Shown: piece by piece, positions 21,457-32,140 of the stretch | How positions within the stretch are numbered: the stretch's first letter is position 1 | Layout of the letters: every line of letters begins with the position of its first letter | Assembly: GCA_041666205.1 (NCBI GenBank) | Contig: JBAYHI010000002.1 | Span: 64,725 to 128,724 of the forward strand | Length of the DNA: 64,000 bases | Reading direction: 5' to 3' | From: Patescibacteria group bacterium | GTDB taxonomy: Bacteria > Patescibacteriota > Patescibacteriia > UBA9934 | Notes under the pieces: model-generated | The model's database searches: none | Seen by the model: the letters and a program-made list of their open reading frames with translations, nothing else | Told to the model about the DNA's origin: nothing | Made by a program: the position numbers and the translations under genes

Positions 21457-22842
21457 TCACGGCTTGGCTTCGTGGACGACTTGTCCACCCGCGGTATCTT
21501 CCACGGTAAATCCCTGCGCGAAAATTTCGTCGCGCAACTTGTCTGACGTTTCAAAATCTTTTTTCTCGCGCGCGCGATCACGTTGTCGCAATAAGTCTTT
21601 GATGGATTCGGGAACTTCAATCGGTTTCGCAATATAATCCCCAAGGGACAATCCCAAGACTTCATCGCATTTCACAAGCGTTGCGGATTTTTTCTCACTT
21701 GGGATCGTATCGTTGTGCGTCATCTCCCAAACAATTGCGAGTGCTTTTGGCATGTCCAGATCGTCATTCACAGCAGTAATAAACGCATCCATGGTTGCAA
21801 CATCAGGTTTCCCGGGTTTATCCCAGTCGCGTACCATGGTGCGTAAATTCTCGATCGCGTGTTGAGACGCTTCGAGTGCTTCCCAGGTGAAATTCTGTTG
21901 TACACGATAATGCGCACCTAAAAAGAAATAACGCAGGGCCAATGGCTCAAATCCTTTTTCAACCAAATCATCCACAGAATACGTATTGTGAAGCGACTTG
22001 GACATTTTCCCTCCGTCGATGAGGAGGAATGCATTGTGCATCCAATAATGCGCAGGATTCACGCCACGTGCAGCTTCGGTTTGGGCAATTTCATTGGTGT
22101 GGTGCACGGGAATATGATCGATCCCGCCGGTGTGAATATCAAACGGAACATCGAGATATTTTTCGCTCATGGCCGAGCATTCAATATGCCAACCCGGGAA
22201 CCCCATGCCCCAAGGCGCTTGCCACTCCATTTGGCGATGTTCTTCCGGACGAGAAAACTTCCAAAGTGCAAAATCCGTTGGATTCTTTTTTTCCGCATTG
22301 CGAGAAACACGCGCACCCTCTTCCTTATCTTCAAGTTTTTGACCAGCTAAATCACCGTAGGTTGAAAGTTTGCTCGTATCAAAATACACGCCGTCGGAAA
22401 TCGTATACGCAAACCCGGCTTTTTCAATGGCTTCAATAAATTGGATTTGCTCGTCAATATGATCGGTTGCTTTTGGCATCTTAATTGGCGTCTCGATATT
22501 CAAGCGCTCCATGTCTTTTTTAAACAGCTCGGTATATTCTGCCGCAATATCCCAAGCAGATTTTTCCATTTCTCGCGCAGATTTTTCGAGTTTATCTTCG
22601 CCTTCAGATGCGTCGTCCGTTAAATGCCCGACGTCGGTGATGTTTACAACTTGTGCCACCTCGTAGCCATTAAACTCGAAACAGCGACGCAACAGATCGG
22701 AAAAAATATACGATCGAAAATTTCCAATCGATGCGCGCTGATACACGGTGGGGCCACAGCTATACATCCCCACTTTCCCTTCGTGGATGGGCTCAAATTT
22801 TTCTTTTTTTCGGGTAAGTGAATTCCAAAGATTGATTTCCAT
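21457..22842 (-). CDS. cysS: Cysteine--tRNA ligase
   Basis: CGPTVY, DFALWK, PGWHIECS, KMSKS. Confidence 0.97.
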   Translation of the reverse strand: MEINLWNSLTRKKEKFEPIHEGKVGMYSCGPTVYQRASIGNFRSYIFSDLLRRCFEFNGYEVAQVVNITDVGHLTDDASEGEDKLEKSAREMEKSAWDIAAEYTELFKKDMERLNIETPIKMPKATDHIDEQIQFIEAIEKAGFAYTISDGVYFDTSKLSTYGDLAGQKLEDKEEGARVSRNAEKKNPTDFALWKFSRPEEHRQMEWQAPWGMGFPGWHIECSAMSEKYLDVPFDIHTGGIDHIPVHHTNEIAQTEAARGVNPAHYWMHNAFLLIDGGKMSKSLHNTYSVDDLVEKGFEPLALRYFFLGAHYRVQQNFTWEALEASQHAIENLRTMVRDWDKPGKPDVATMDAFITAVNDDLDMPKALAIVWEMTHNDTIPSEKKSATLVKCDEVLGLSLGDYIAKPIEVPESIKDLLRQRDRAREKKDFETSDKLRDEIFAQGFTVEDTAGGQVVHEAKP

Positions 22843-22900
22843 ACGACGGCATTATACCGATCCATTGCAAAAACCGCCATATACGGGAAACCCCCGGGCC

Positions 22901-23257
22901 TTAGCGCCCTGGGGGGATATAGGTCGCCCGATGCTCCTTGTAGATGAGCCAGGCGAAGACGAGGGGCGCGAACACCCCTTGCGAAACGCAGACAATGAAA
23001 TCCTTGGTATGCAGCATGAATCGCTGCCTGGGCGACAGAATGCTCCGCAAGTATTGATCGTCGATCTTCTTGTAGTCGCTGTAGTCGATCTCCCAGGCAA
23101 TCGCCCCCGCCAGCACGTGCGCGGCGATCGCGAAAATGATGAAGTACTCTCCAAACAGGATACAGGACAGGTAGATGATGATCGAGACGATCAATCCGAT
23201 CCTCCGGCACGCCTTGGGCGCACCGATTCCGACGTAGAGCGTTTCCAAGGACACCAT
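22901..23257 (-). CDS. Hypothetical membrane protein (ORFan cassette)
   Basis: TTGACA-N17-TAGCAT promoter, GGAGGG RBS, ATG at 23257; three hydrophobic segments. Confidence 0.65.
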   Translation of the reverse strand: MVSLETLYVGIGAPKACRRIGLIVSIIIYLSCILFGEYFIIFAIAAHVLAGAIAWEIDYSDYKKIDDQYLRSILSPRQRFMLHTKDFIVCVSQGVFAPLVFAWLIYKEHRATYIPPGR

Positions 23258-23340
23258 AATACCCTCCACGATGGCATGTTTATGCTAGGAGGAAGCAGGA
23301 CGTCTGTCAAACAAAAAAGGGCCGAAGCCCGATTTGTGCT

Positions 23341-23844
23341 CTATGTTTTTCCGCGCAAAAAAAGCATGGTGAGAAGTGGGAGCGTGAACCAAATATTTGA
23401 CGCTGGCTCTTCAATAAAGAGCGTTTTCATGATGGGCGAAACCTCTAGCAAAATCATGTCAGGGAGCATGGTGCCGACCGTATATAAAAGCATGCCGGAA
23501 ATCACGATGATGAAGACGATCACTTCCCCGCCGGTCGGAACCGTATAGGGCTCGAAAAATTCATTGCGCACCTGAAACCAAAAAAACAGAAGCACGAGCA
23601 CGCCAAATAAGATAATCTTCACCCAATAATCCTCAAGGCCAACCTGTAAATCAAGATCCCGCAAAAACGGAATAAGCGTCATGCTGGCAAGCGCCAAATA
23701 AATGGAGATCATGAACGTAACGGAAAAGTCCCGACCGATCGTAAATAAAAACAAAAAAACAATCCCAATCGTTGCGGCTGCAACCCACCAATCAATGGAT
23801 TCAAGCGAGAGTTGATTCCAAATAGCCCAAATGTCCCATGTCAT
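23341..23844 (-). CDS. Hypothetical integral membrane protein
   Basis: Several TM helices; TATAAT-GGAGGC-ATG at start. Confidence 0.75.
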   Translation of the reverse strand: MTWDIWAIWNQLSLESIDWWVAAATIGIVFLFLFTIGRDFSVTFMISIYLALASMTLIPFLRDLDLQVGLEDYWVKIILFGVLVLLFFWFQVRNEFFEPYTVPTGGEVIVFIIVISGMLLYTVGTMLPDMILLEVSPIMKTLFIEEPASNIWFTLPLLTMLFLRGKT

Positions 23845-23879
23845 GCCTCCATTATACCAAACCTCCTGCAGACGCACAG

Positions 23880-24926
23880 CTAGACCTCACGCAAATTGAG
23901 TTCTTCTAAAATTTTTCGTTCATTGCGATCCAACTTCTTTGGTGTGACGAGTTGCACAATCACAATGTGGTCGCCCCGACTTCGACCCGATGGCACGCCT
24001 TTCCCGCGCAAACGTAATTTATCGCCCGGCTGGGTGCCAGCTGGAACTTTCACCTTTACGCTCCCGTCAACAGTCTCAACCATCACATCGTCGCCAAGCG
24101 CGGCTTGTGTAAATCCGATTCGTTTTACCGAATAAATCGTGTCGCCCTGACGCTCGAAGCGTTTATCGGCTTGCACGCGCAATTGCAAATAGAGGTCGCC
24201 GTTTCCGCCAGCCGAGCCCATGCTCTCGCCTTGGCCACGCACACGAATGCGATTTCCGTCCTCAACGCCCGCCGGAATATTCACACGCAGCGTGGAGCGT
24301 TTATATTCGGTGCCCGTGCCATTGCATGTGGTGCATTTATTTTCTGGCGTTTCGCCGTTTCCGCCACACGAAGCGCAGGTTGTACGCGATTGAATATTTC
24401 CAAACATGGTGCGCTGCGTGACGATACGCATGCCCGAGCCCTTGCAGTCGTCGCACGTTTTCATTTTTGTGCCAGGCTCACCACCGGTTCCGCCACAGCG
24501 TTCACATGCTTGATTTTTTGTGAGGGACAGTTCTTTTTCAACGCCAAAAATCGATTCCTTAAACGAGAGCTCCACATCCACTAAAATATCTTGCCCGCGA
24601 TTCTGGCGCCCTCGTCCACCACCACCGCCAAACATATTCCCAAACAAATCGCCGAGATCTTCGAAATTCATGTTCGAGTAGAAATCATTGAAATTGCCAA
24701 ATCCTCCACCACCTGCTTGATCGAAGGTGGTGCCGTACTGATCGTATTGCTCGCGCTTCTTTTCGTCGCCAAGCACCTGGTAGGCTTCGTTCACTTCTTT
24801 GAATTTTTCTTCGTTTCCGCCTTTATCGGGGTGATGTTCATGGGCGAGTTTTCGAAACGCGCGCTTCACCTCTTCTTTGGTGGCGCTTTTTTCAACTCCT
24901 AAAATTTTATAATAATCTTTGCCCAT
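23880..24926 (-). CDS. dnaJ: Chaperone DnaJ
   Basis: HPD J-domain, G/F region, four CxxCxGxG repeats. Confidence 0.98.
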   Translation of the reverse strand: MGKDYYKILGVEKSATKEEVKRAFRKLAHEHHPDKGGNEEKFKEVNEAYQVLGDEKKREQYDQYGTTFDQAGGGGFGNFNDFYSNMNFEDLGDLFGNMFGGGGGRGRQNRGQDILVDVELSFKESIFGVEKELSLTKNQACERCGGTGGEPGTKMKTCDDCKGSGMRIVTQRTMFGNIQSRTTCASCGGNGETPENKCTTCNGTGTEYKRSTLRVNIPAGVEDGNRIRVRGQGESMGSAGGNGDLYLQLRVQADKRFERQGDTIYSVKRIGFTQAALGDDVMVETVDGSVKVKVPAGTQPGDKLRLRGKGVPSGRSRGDHIVIVQLVTPKKLDRNERKILEELNLREV

Positions 24927-24942
24927 ACAAAATTATTGCCTC

Positions 24943-25010
24943 GGGCGGGTCGCAGACCCGCCCCTACAGAATCGAATCATGTACGGGCAGGTCTGTGACC
25001 TGCCCTATAC
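24943..25010. repeat. GTAG-type REP doublet
   Basis: GGGCGGGTCGCAGACCCGCCCCTAC and GTACGGGCAGGTCTGTGACCTGCCC in opposite orientation. Confidence 0.75.
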
Positions 25011-25014
25011 GGAA

Positions 25015-25203
25015 TTAAAACCATCCCTTCTTTTCTTCCTGCACCACCTTGGCCTGCACATCCACAATCTTGGATTTTCCTTTATTGAGCACCTTGTTCC
25101 AAAGGAAATCCCGAACCTGCGGAATGGAAAGAATCGAAAGCACGGTTGAGGCAACCCCGAGTCCCCCACGCGCCGCGAACTTGAACAAATTTCGAATTTT
25201 CAT
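25015..25203 (-). CDS. Small hypothetical protein
   Basis: 62 aa, starts 1 nt after the dnaK stop. Confidence 0.6.
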   Translation of the reverse strand: MKIRNLFKFAARGGLGVASTVLSILSIPQVRDFLWNKVLNKGKSKIVDVQAKVVQEEKKGWF

Positions 25204-25204
25204 A

Positions 25205-27103
25205 TTATTTTTTCTCTTCGTCTTTCTTCACTTCCTCAAAATCCGCATCTTTCGTACCAGGTTCCGCTGGCTTTTCGTCAGCTGGTGCCTCTGCGCCCTG
25301 CGCTGGCTGTTGATACATCGAGGCGCCAATCTTTTGCGCGACTTTGGAAAGTTCTTCTGACGCCGTCTTGATGGCTGTGACGTCTTCGCCGTCTTTTACT
25401 TTCTTGAGCGCATCAAGTTTCTCTTGCACTTCTTTTGCGTCCTCTTCTTTCATTTTACTCTTGTAGTCGGTCAGCATCTTCTCCGTGGTGTAGACAAGTG
25501 TATCGGCGATGTTTCGTGTCTCGATAATTTCTTGTTTTTTCTTGTCTTCATCGGCATGCGCTTCCGCATCGTGTTTCATTTTTTCGATGTCGTCTTTGGA
25601 AAGGCCAGAGCTTGCCGTGATCGTGATCGTCTGCTCTTTATTTGTTCCTTTGTCTTTTGCCTTCACATTCAAAATTCCGTTTGCATCAATATCAAACGAC
25701 ACCTCAATTTGTGGCACGCCACGTGGCGCTGGAGGAATCCCCGTGAGCGAGAATTGCCCAAGCATCTTATTGTCCAAAGCCATTGGGCGCTCGCCCTGGA
25801 AGACTTTAATATCAACCGATGGCTGACTATCTGACGCTGTAGAAAACACCTGGCTCTTTGACGTTGGAATCGTTGTGTTGCGCTCAATGAGTTTTGTCAT
25901 GACTCCACCCATGGTTTCAATACCCAAGGAAAGTGGTGTGACGTCCAAAAGTAAAACATCTTTGACGTCGCCGGCAAGCACTCCGCCTTGAATGGCAGCA
26001 CCAACAGCCACAACTTCATCAGGATTCACGGAAATATTTGGACGCTTGCCAAAGTAATCCTCCACTTTTTTCTGCACGAGTGGCATGCGTGTCATTCCAC
26101 CCACCATCACAATTTCTTCAATGTCGCCTTTTGACATCTTTGCGTCTTCGAGTGCTTTTGCGACCGGTCCCATGGTTTTCTCAATAAGAGGAGCAACGAG
26201 TTCTTCGAGTTTTGATCGTGTCATTTTCATTACTAAATGTTTTGGCCCTTCTGCGCCCGACGTAATAAATGGCTGATTGATTTCGGTTTCTTGCGCGGTT
26301 GAGAGTTCAATCTTGGCGCGCTCAGCTGCGTCTTTGATGCGTTGCATGGCAAGCGCATCGCCCTTCAAATCAACGCCTTCGAGTTTTTTGAACTCCGAGA
26401 GAATCCAGTCGATGATGATTTTATCAAAATCATCTCCGCCAAGATGTGTGTCCCCATTTGTCGAAAGCACCTCGACCGTATTGTCGGAAACATCAAGGAC
26501 CGAAACATCGAATGTTCCGCCACCCAAATCGTAGACCAAAATTTGCTGACCTGCTTTTTTATCAAATCCGTAGGCAAGCGCTGCAGCTGTTGGCTCATTG
26601 ATGATTCGACTGACTTTCAAACCTGCAATTTCACCTGCGTCTTTTGTCGCTTGGCGTTGCGCATCGTCAAAATACGCTGGCACCGTAATCACAGCTTCGG
26701 TGACAGGCCCGCCCAAACGCTCTTCAGCATCGGCTTTCATTTTGCCCAGCACCATGGCACCAATTTCTTGTGGCGTATATTCTTTTCCACCCATCATAAT
26801 TCCAACACCCTCGCCACGCTGAACAATTTTATACGACATATTTTCACGATCGCGCTGAACTTCTGGATCGGTAAAACGTCGTCCAATCAAGCGCTTGATG
26901 GAATAAAGCGTATCAACGGGATTCGTAATGGATTGTCGCTTTGCAGGCATGCCAACCAATCGCTCGCCATTTTTTGCAATCGCAATAATGGATGGCGTGG
27001 TGCGATTCCCTTCTTTATTTTCAATGATGCGTGGTTGCCCGCCTTCAATGATGGCCATGGCTGAATTTGTTGTTCCCAAATCAATTCCTAGAATTTTAGA
27101 CAT
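25205..27103 (-). CDS. dnaK: Chaperone DnaK
   Basis: [30 protein letters not shown]. Confidence 0.99.
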   Translation of the reverse strand: MSKILGIDLGTTNSAMAIIEGGQPRIIENKEGNRTTPSIIAIAKNGERLVGMPAKRQSITNPVDTLYSIKRLIGRRFTDPEVQRDRENMSYKIVQRGEGVGIMMGGKEYTPQEIGAMVLGKMKADAEERLGGPVTEAVITVPAYFDDAQRQATKDAGEIAGLKVSRIINEPTAAALAYGFDKKAGQQILVYDLGGGTFDVSVLDVSDNTVEVLSTNGDTHLGGDDFDKIIIDWILSEFKKLEGVDLKGDALAMQRIKDAAERAKIELSTAQETEINQPFITSGAEGPKHLVMKMTRSKLEELVAPLIEKTMGPVAKALEDAKMSKGDIEEIVMVGGMTRMPLVQKKVEDYFGKRPNISVNPDEVVAVGAAIQGGVLAGDVKDVLLLDVTPLSLGIETMGGVMTKLIERNTTIPTSKSQVFSTASDSQPSVDIKVFQGERPMALDNKMLGQFSLTGIPPAPRGVPQIEVSFDIDANGILNVKAKDKGTNKEQTITITASSGLSKDDIEKMKHDAEAHADEDKKKQEIIETRNIADTLVYTTEKMLTDYKSKMKEEDAKEVQEKLDALKKVKDGEDVTAIKTASEELSKVAQKIGASMYQQPAQGAEAPADEKPAEPGTKDADFEEVKKDEEKK

Positions 27104-27106
27104 AGA

Positions 27107-27604
27107 TTATTCATTAATGATTACTTTTGCCGGACGAATCACACGTCCTGCGATTGCGTATCCGGTTTGAACTTCCTCCAAAATTTCGTTTAATGCTTTC
27201 CCCTCCTCATGTTTTGTTCCTCCGGCCTCATGAAATTCCGGATTGAACGCTTCGCCGATTGTTTTCATGCGCTCAACTCCAATTGATGCGAGTGAATCTG
27301 CAAATTGCTTTTGGATGTAGACCACGCCCTGGAGCCAATTCTCGAGCGTCTTTTTGCTTTCGGGTGGCAGTGCATCGAGTGGGGGCGTGTGACGAACGGC
27401 TGCGTCAAAGTTGTCGATGACTGGCAGAAAACTCTGAACCAAATCGGTGACAAGATAGCGACGCGTTTCAGTTTCACGAAGAGACAACTCTTTTTTCAAA
27501 TTCTCGTAATCGGCGAGCGCGCGCTTCCAACCCGCGAGATATTCTGCGCATTGAATCTCGAGTTCAGATGATTTTGGTTTTTTATTTTTCATCGGTTTTT
27601 CCAT
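27107..27604 (-). CDS. grpE: Nucleotide exchange factor GrpE
   Basis: RALADYEN, FNPEFHEA, GY..GRVIRPAKV. Confidence 0.95.
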   Translation of the reverse strand: MEKPMKNKKPKSSELEIQCAEYLAGWKRALADYENLKKELSLRETETRRYLVTDLVQSFLPVIDNFDAAVRHTPPLDALPPESKKTLENWLQGVVYIQKQFADSLASIGVERMKTIGEAFNPEFHEAGGTKHEEGKALNEILEEVQTGYAIAGRVIRPAKVIINE

Positions 27605-28301
27605 ATTCGTCCTCGATTAATTTGCGTGCTTCAGATAAGAGTCCAATATTGCGTTCGTAGTTCATGCGCAAGGGACCAACGAGCCCAAGCATCCCCATCA
27701 TGCCATTTGGCAATTTGTAGCGAACCATGATGGTGGCCATTTGATTGCCAAACGGATTTTCGTGTCCGATCCACACATTCATGTCACTTTGCGCTTCGGC
27801 AAATGCGTCTGTCATGACGTCGTCCATGCGATCAACCACATTTGAAAGTGATCGAAGCGTCTGTACATCTTGAAAATCTGGTTTGTCAAAAAGCTTGGAG
27901 AGTCCACTCACGTGGTGCCAGTCGCTTTGAAGTGCGGTGACTGCCGCTTCCCCCGAAAGCTCAACGAGCGCTTTGGCAATTTCGCGCATCAAATCTTTTT
28001 CGTCGGTTGTGCGATGAGCAAATGTTTTTTCGAGGCACTTATTTTCACGCTCGGTGCAATGCCCAAATCGACGATCGTGCAGGTAGAAGCGATACCCTTC
28101 TTCGGTTGGCACGCGACCTGATGAGGTATGGGGTTGACGTAGATATCCAGCCGTTTCGAGCGCCATCATATCGTTCCGAACCGTGGCTGGTGAAACGCCT
28201 AAATCGTATTTTTGCACCAAAAAACCCGAAGAAACGGGTTCCGCAGTCTCCAAATAGGCGTCAATGATTGCGCGCAAAATTGTTGCCTCTCGGTTATTCA
28301 T
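27582..28301 (-). CDS. hrcA: Heat-inducible transcription repressor
   Basis: SPATVRNDM, QPHTSSGRVPT, VGPLRMNY. Confidence 0.95.
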   Translation of the reverse strand: MNNREATILRAIIDAYLETAEPVSSGFLVQKYDLGVSPATVRNDMMALETAGYLRQPHTSSGRVPTEEGYRFYLHDRRFGHCTERENKCLEKTFAHRTTDEKDLMREIAKALVELSGEAAVTALQSDWHHVSGLSKLFDKPDFQDVQTLRSLSNVVDRMDDVMTDAFAEAQSDMNVWIGHENPFGNQMATIMVRYKLPNGMMGMLGLVGPLRMNYERNIGLLSEARKLIEDEYGKTDEK

Positions 28302-28304
28302 AAA

Positions 28305-28345
28305 CTAGCAGTCACAAGTATAGACTGCTAGTTTCGTGCCGTCAA
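28305..28345 (-). promoter_or_regulatory. CIRCE operator overlapping the sigma70 promoter of the hrcA operon
   Basis: CTAGCAGTC-N9-GACTGCTAG (28305-28331); TTGACG-N17-TATACT with the -10 inside the N9 spacer. Confidence 0.88.
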
Positions 28346-28352
28346 GAGATTC

Positions 28353-30020
28353 TTACTCAAAGAGTCGGATGAGCTCCTTTTGTTTTCGTGCAGCAACTTG
28401 CCAGCTGGCTTTTTTATCTTTTCGAAGCTTAAGCATTTCCCCAGCGTGTGCGCCACTCAAGTGGCTCGGGATAATCACGTATGCCGCACCAAGTTTATAA
28501 AGTCGTTTTGCTTCAAGCGCATTTTTTGCCGACACCACCACAGTGGCACGGGATTTGCGTGATTTCAAATAGCCCAAAATATCGGAACTCAGTGCCCCAT
28601 CGGGAATGCTCGAGACAATAAGTTGCGCATGCTCGGCATGAAGTTCACGCAAAAATTCTTCGCTTCCAATATCGCCATAGCGATATGGAATGTGACGATT
28701 GCGCAAACGTTCAATCACGGCCGGGTTAAAATCCACAACCACATATTCACGCTTGAGGGACTTCACAGCAGGGAGCATCGCTTCACCCATGGCATCGCAT
28801 CCACATAAAATGACTTCGGGCGCACGGTCGATGAGTTCTTTTTCACGGCGCTCTGTCCATCGAAATAGAAAATGCAATCGATCGTAAATTTGCTCGTTAT
28901 ACTTCATGGCATACGTGGAGAGCCCGATTGATATCATGCCGATAATGATGATGAGCGGTAAAAACGCAGAATCAATAAGTCCTGCCTCAATGCCAAGCGC
29001 TGCAAGAATAAACGAAAACTCGCTTACCTGCGCCATGGTGCTGCCGGTTAAAAATCCGGTGCGTGAATGGAACCGGAAGAGTCTCAAAATCCCCATGGTG
29101 ACAAGCGGTTTCACAAAAAGCACAAATGTCGTGAGCGATGCAATAATCATCCACGTGCTTTCGAATTTTGAAAAATCGAGTTGCGCACCAAGCACGATGA
29201 AAAAGATAATCAAGAAGAAATCTCGAAGCGGTTTGATTTTTCCGGCAATCTCGCGATGGAATTCCGATCCAGCCAAACTCAAGCCCGCAAGAAGCGCACC
29301 CATCTCGATGCTAAAGCCAATAAATTGTAATCCCGCTGCCACGGCAAAACACCAACTCAAGGCCGTGAGGAATAATAATTCCGGCGAACGTGCGGCGTAA
29401 CGGAATAAATGTGGCAATACAAATCGCGCCAAGATCCACATCACAAAAATCACCGCTACCCCTTTAATCGCTGACATTGCAAGCACTGCCCCAATCACTT
29501 GATCGCCTTGCGCAAATGCCGAAATTACCAAGAGCGCGATCATGGCGACGATGTCTTGTACGATGAGAATCCCGACTGCGATTTTTCCGTAAAGTCGATC
29601 TAGATCTTCTTTATCGCTCAAAATCTTGGCAATAATGATGGTGCTCGAAAATGAAAATGCCAAGCCTCCCAGAATGCATGTGGACAAATCAAAATCAAAT
29701 GCACGCAATAAGAAAAATCCCAAACCCGACGACAAAATAATCTGTCCGAGCCCTGCAACCGTTGCCATGGGGCCAATCTCGCGCAAATTGCGCCAATTCA
29801 AATTGAGTCCAACCAAGAAGAGCAAAAATGCAATTCCAATGTCAGAGAGTGTGCCAAATAATTCCGACGAACCGGCAATATCCAAAAGCCCCGGGCCAAT
29901 CAAGAGTCCAGTAATGAGATAGGCGATGATGAGTGGCTGACGCAACAGGTAAACCAAAAGCGACAAGAGCCCTGAGCTCATCACAACCACGGCAATTTCT
30001 ATGAAAATTGTTTCGTGCAT
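28353..30020 (-). CDS. Kef-type cation/H+ antiporter (CPA2) with C-terminal KTN/TrkA-N domain
   Basis: LLFLVGL, SSTIII, GILIVQD, QVSEFSFI; VVDFNP..YGD. Confidence 0.9.
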   Translation of the reverse strand: MHETIFIEIAVVVMSSGLLSLLVYLLRQPLIIAYLITGLLIGPGLLDIAGSSELFGTLSDIGIAFLLFLVGLNLNWRNLREIGPMATVAGLGQIILSSGLGFFLLRAFDFDLSTCILGGLAFSFSSTIIIAKILSDKEDLDRLYGKIAVGILIVQDIVAMIALLVISAFAQGDQVIGAVLAMSAIKGVAVIFVMWILARFVLPHLFRYAARSPELLFLTALSWCFAVAAGLQFIGFSIEMGALLAGLSLAGSEFHREIAGKIKPLRDFFLIIFFIVLGAQLDFSKFESTWMIIASLTTFVLFVKPLVTMGILRLFRFHSRTGFLTGSTMAQVSEFSFILAALGIEAGLIDSAFLPLIIIIGMISIGLSTYAMKYNEQIYDRLHFLFRWTERREKELIDRAPEVILCGCDAMGEAMLPAVKSLKREYVVVDFNPAVIERLRNRHIPYRYGDIGSEEFLRELHAEHAQLIVSSIPDGALSSDILGYLKSRKSRATVVVSAKNALEAKRLYKLGAAYVIIPSHLSGAHAGEMLKLRKDKKASWQVAARKQKELIRLFE

Positions 30021-30109
30021 AGCCTCCTATTCGGATTGATATGATTATAACACGAACACACGCTCGTCAAAACGGATAAGGTCACGTATCATACACAGGA
30101 ACAATATCT

Positions 30110-30523
30110 ATGAAAAACAATCCATCAGAAGGCGATCCTGACAGCACGCGGAATAGAGAATTCGAATCACTCAAGCCTCGCATTGAGCACTGGTTTAGTA
30201 TGAATTATCATTACGATTCCGCGCTCGTGAAACACTGGATTACTTCATTTGAAAATTCGCTAAAAAAACATAAACTCCCAAGCAATATAAAAATCGATTT
30301 TGGAGAAACGCGATTTTATTGCATGGCCTCGAGTAAAGCAGAATTTCCGGTCTATCAATTCAAACCCATTCTCAACCGAGCACTACGTGGAAAAGCCCCC
30401 TATCATGATTGGGAGGTCATTGGTCTCATGACTGCGGACGAATGTGATGACGATGTGCCTGATGCAGTTATCAATGTACTCAAAAATATTCAAGCGCAAA
30501 CACAAGAGCCGAAGGGGAAATAA
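30110..30523 (+). CDS. Hypothetical protein
   Basis: 137-aa ORF filling the gap; AT-richer than neighbours. Confidence 0.55.
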   Translation: MKNNPSEGDPDSTRNREFESLKPRIEHWFSMNYHYDSALVKHWITSFENSLKKHKLPSNIKIDFGETRFYCMASSKAEFPVYQFKPILNRALRGKAPYHDWEVIGLMTADECDDDVPDAVINVLKNIQAQTQEPKGK

Positions 30524-30540
30524 ATCACGGTTTTTTCCCA

Positions 30541-30578
30541 CAATAAAACCACAATCTTCTATGACTGTGGTTTTATTG
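30541..30578. terminator. Hairpin terminator downstream of tRNA-Glu
   Basis: CAATAAAACCACA-loop-TGTGGTTTTATTG. Confidence 0.6.
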
Positions 30579-30651
30579 GTGACCCCACCGGGAATCGAAC
30601 CCGAATTTCCAGGATGAGAACCTGATGTCCTAACCGTTAGACGATGGGGCC
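30577..30651 (-). tRNA. tRNA-Glu (CTC)
   Basis: Acceptor GGCCCCA/TGGGGTC, anticodon arm TCAGG-TTCTCAT-CCTGG, GGTTCGATTCC, encoded CCA; TTGACA-N17-TATTGT upstream. Confidence 0.95.
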
Positions 30652-30764
30652 AAAATGTGGGTAGACAATACGAGTTTTTCGCGGTTTTGTCAATATCAAA
30701 TAGTTGACACCGCCTGCTTTTTGAACTATCTTTTCCGGTCGAACTATAGCATTTTGGAGGAAAC

Positions 30765-31214
30765 ATGCGTTCGAAGACCCGCCGTATTCTGGTTGCCGCA
30801 CTTTCCGTCAGCGCCCTTGCCCTTATCGTCATCACGTCGGTCATGGTGCTCTCGAGCACCGATCGCGTATCTACGAGCGAAGAGGAATTCTTCGATGCCG
30901 CGGACGTGTGCACGATCGCAAATACGTGCAGGTTCGCGGTAAGCCCCGGTCTCCCGGTTGTAGTGATCGAGATTCCCGATGTCCGCGATAGCACAGTCAA
31001 ATGGCATCAGGTGCTCGTGGACATGGAATCGTGGTCTCAAGTGGTCAGCAAAGGTCGTCGTCTGGAGTGCACGAGCGAGCAGCCGTGCAAACTGACAACG
31101 ATCCGCACACGCTTCTCAGGTATCTTCATGAAGCGCTACATCGAGATCGCCGGTCACGGCGGAGAAATCATCATTTTCCGCCAGCACTACAATGGACTTC
31201 TCGCTACCCCCTAA
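30765..31214 (+). CDS. Hypothetical exported/membrane-anchored protein (ORFan cassette)
   Basis: TTGACA-N17-TATCTT, GGAGG RBS, N-terminal TM, four Cys, downstream terminator. Confidence 0.7.
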   Translation: MRSKTRRILVAALSVSALALIVITSVMVLSSTDRVSTSEEEFFDAADVCTIANTCRFAVSPGLPVVVIEIPDVRDSTVKWHQVLVDMESWSQVVSKGRRLECTSEQPCKLTTIRTRFSGIFMKRYIEIAGHGGEIIIFRQHYNGLLATP

Positions 31215-31322
31215 CTTCCCCGCCCTGCACGAGAACCCTTCTCGTCAGAGCGGGGTTCTTGTTTTAAACGCAGAAGCGCCGCCGGCTGAGAGGCCGGACG
31301 GCGCGCGACGAGGACGTGCGAA

Positions 31323-31610
31323 CTAGTAGACAATCGAGAGTTCGCCCGTGTCGAGGTGGAAGGTGCCAACATAGTGCACCCAATCGTCTTTCTGGACCGC
31401 GATGCGACCCCGCACACGCAGAATCCGCTTATCGGTCGTCTCACGGGAGCCAGAACACTCGCAGACCTCCACGGCGTAGACGCGAGCCAACGTGCCCTCC
31501 GCACGATCCGTGAGAAGTGGCGAGAACGCGCCCCCGATCCCGTAGCTCTTGAGAGCGTACGTAACTTCTTCCTCGCTGATGATCCGGGCAGAATACAGTA
31601 CCTGCGGCAT
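31323..31610 (-). CDS. Hypothetical protein (ORFan cassette)
   Basis: AGGAGG RBS before ATG 31610; TGn-TAAGAT extended -10. Confidence 0.65.
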   Translation of the reverse strand: MPQVLYSARIISEEEVTYALKSYGIGGAFSPLLTDRAEGTLARVYAVEVCECSGSRETTDKRILRVRGRIAVQKDDWVHYVGTFHLDTGELSIVY

Positions 31611-31754
31611 ATGTTCCTCCTGGAAACGCGCAAATCTTAGCAAACCATGACGAATCCGTCACGTCGGAAATAAAAAATTGACCTTCGCGCAATGACACGA
31701 TATTCTGAAGATATGTCCTTTCCCACGTGAGCAAATGCTCATAAGGAGGTGTGC

Positions 31755-32030
31755 GTGAACTCGATGCCGGGTTTGTCTATTGGGCGAGCACGAGAGCTCG
31801 CGCTGCAGACGGGAGCCTCCCCACGTGAGGCCATCGGCCAGAGCGCGACCCTTCTGCGCAAAGACGGCACGACCGTCAAGGGCAAGGTCGTCCGCGTGGA
31901 TGTTCCCGATCCCGATCGGATCATCATCCACGTCATCGACGACAAAGATGTGTATCACCTGGCTGTCTTCCGAACGGATTGGCAGCCGATCGACGAATCT
32001 CTCTTGGAGGTCATCGACCTTGGATCCTGA
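31755..32030 (+). CDS. Hypothetical beta-rich protein (ORFan cassette)
   Basis: TTGACC-N17-TATTCT, AAGGAGGT RBS before GTG. Confidence 0.65.
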   Translation: MNSMPGLSIGRARELALQTGASPREAIGQSATLLRKDGTTVKGKVVRVDVPDPDRIIIHVIDDKDVYHLAVFRTDWQPIDESLLEVIDLGS

Positions 32031-32098
32031 TCCAGCACACCAACCCGTCACCTCGCTCGGGGCGCTTCTCTCCTCGAAGTACCCCACCCCTTTCAAAT

Positions 32099-32140
32099 AA
32101 AAGCACCCCGCCGATTGTGGCGGAGCGCTTTTGTTTTTTA
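32099..32140 (-). terminator. Intrinsic terminator; direct repeat of 36187-36227
   Basis: AAAAGCACCCCGCCGATTGTGGCGGAGCGCTTTTGTTTTTTA. Confidence 0.75.

Noticed and set aside
22644-23548. 266-aa plus-strand and 188-aa minus-strand ORFs
   Set aside because: Shadow frames overlapping cysS and the 23341 gene; only 22901-23257 has a promoter and RBS.
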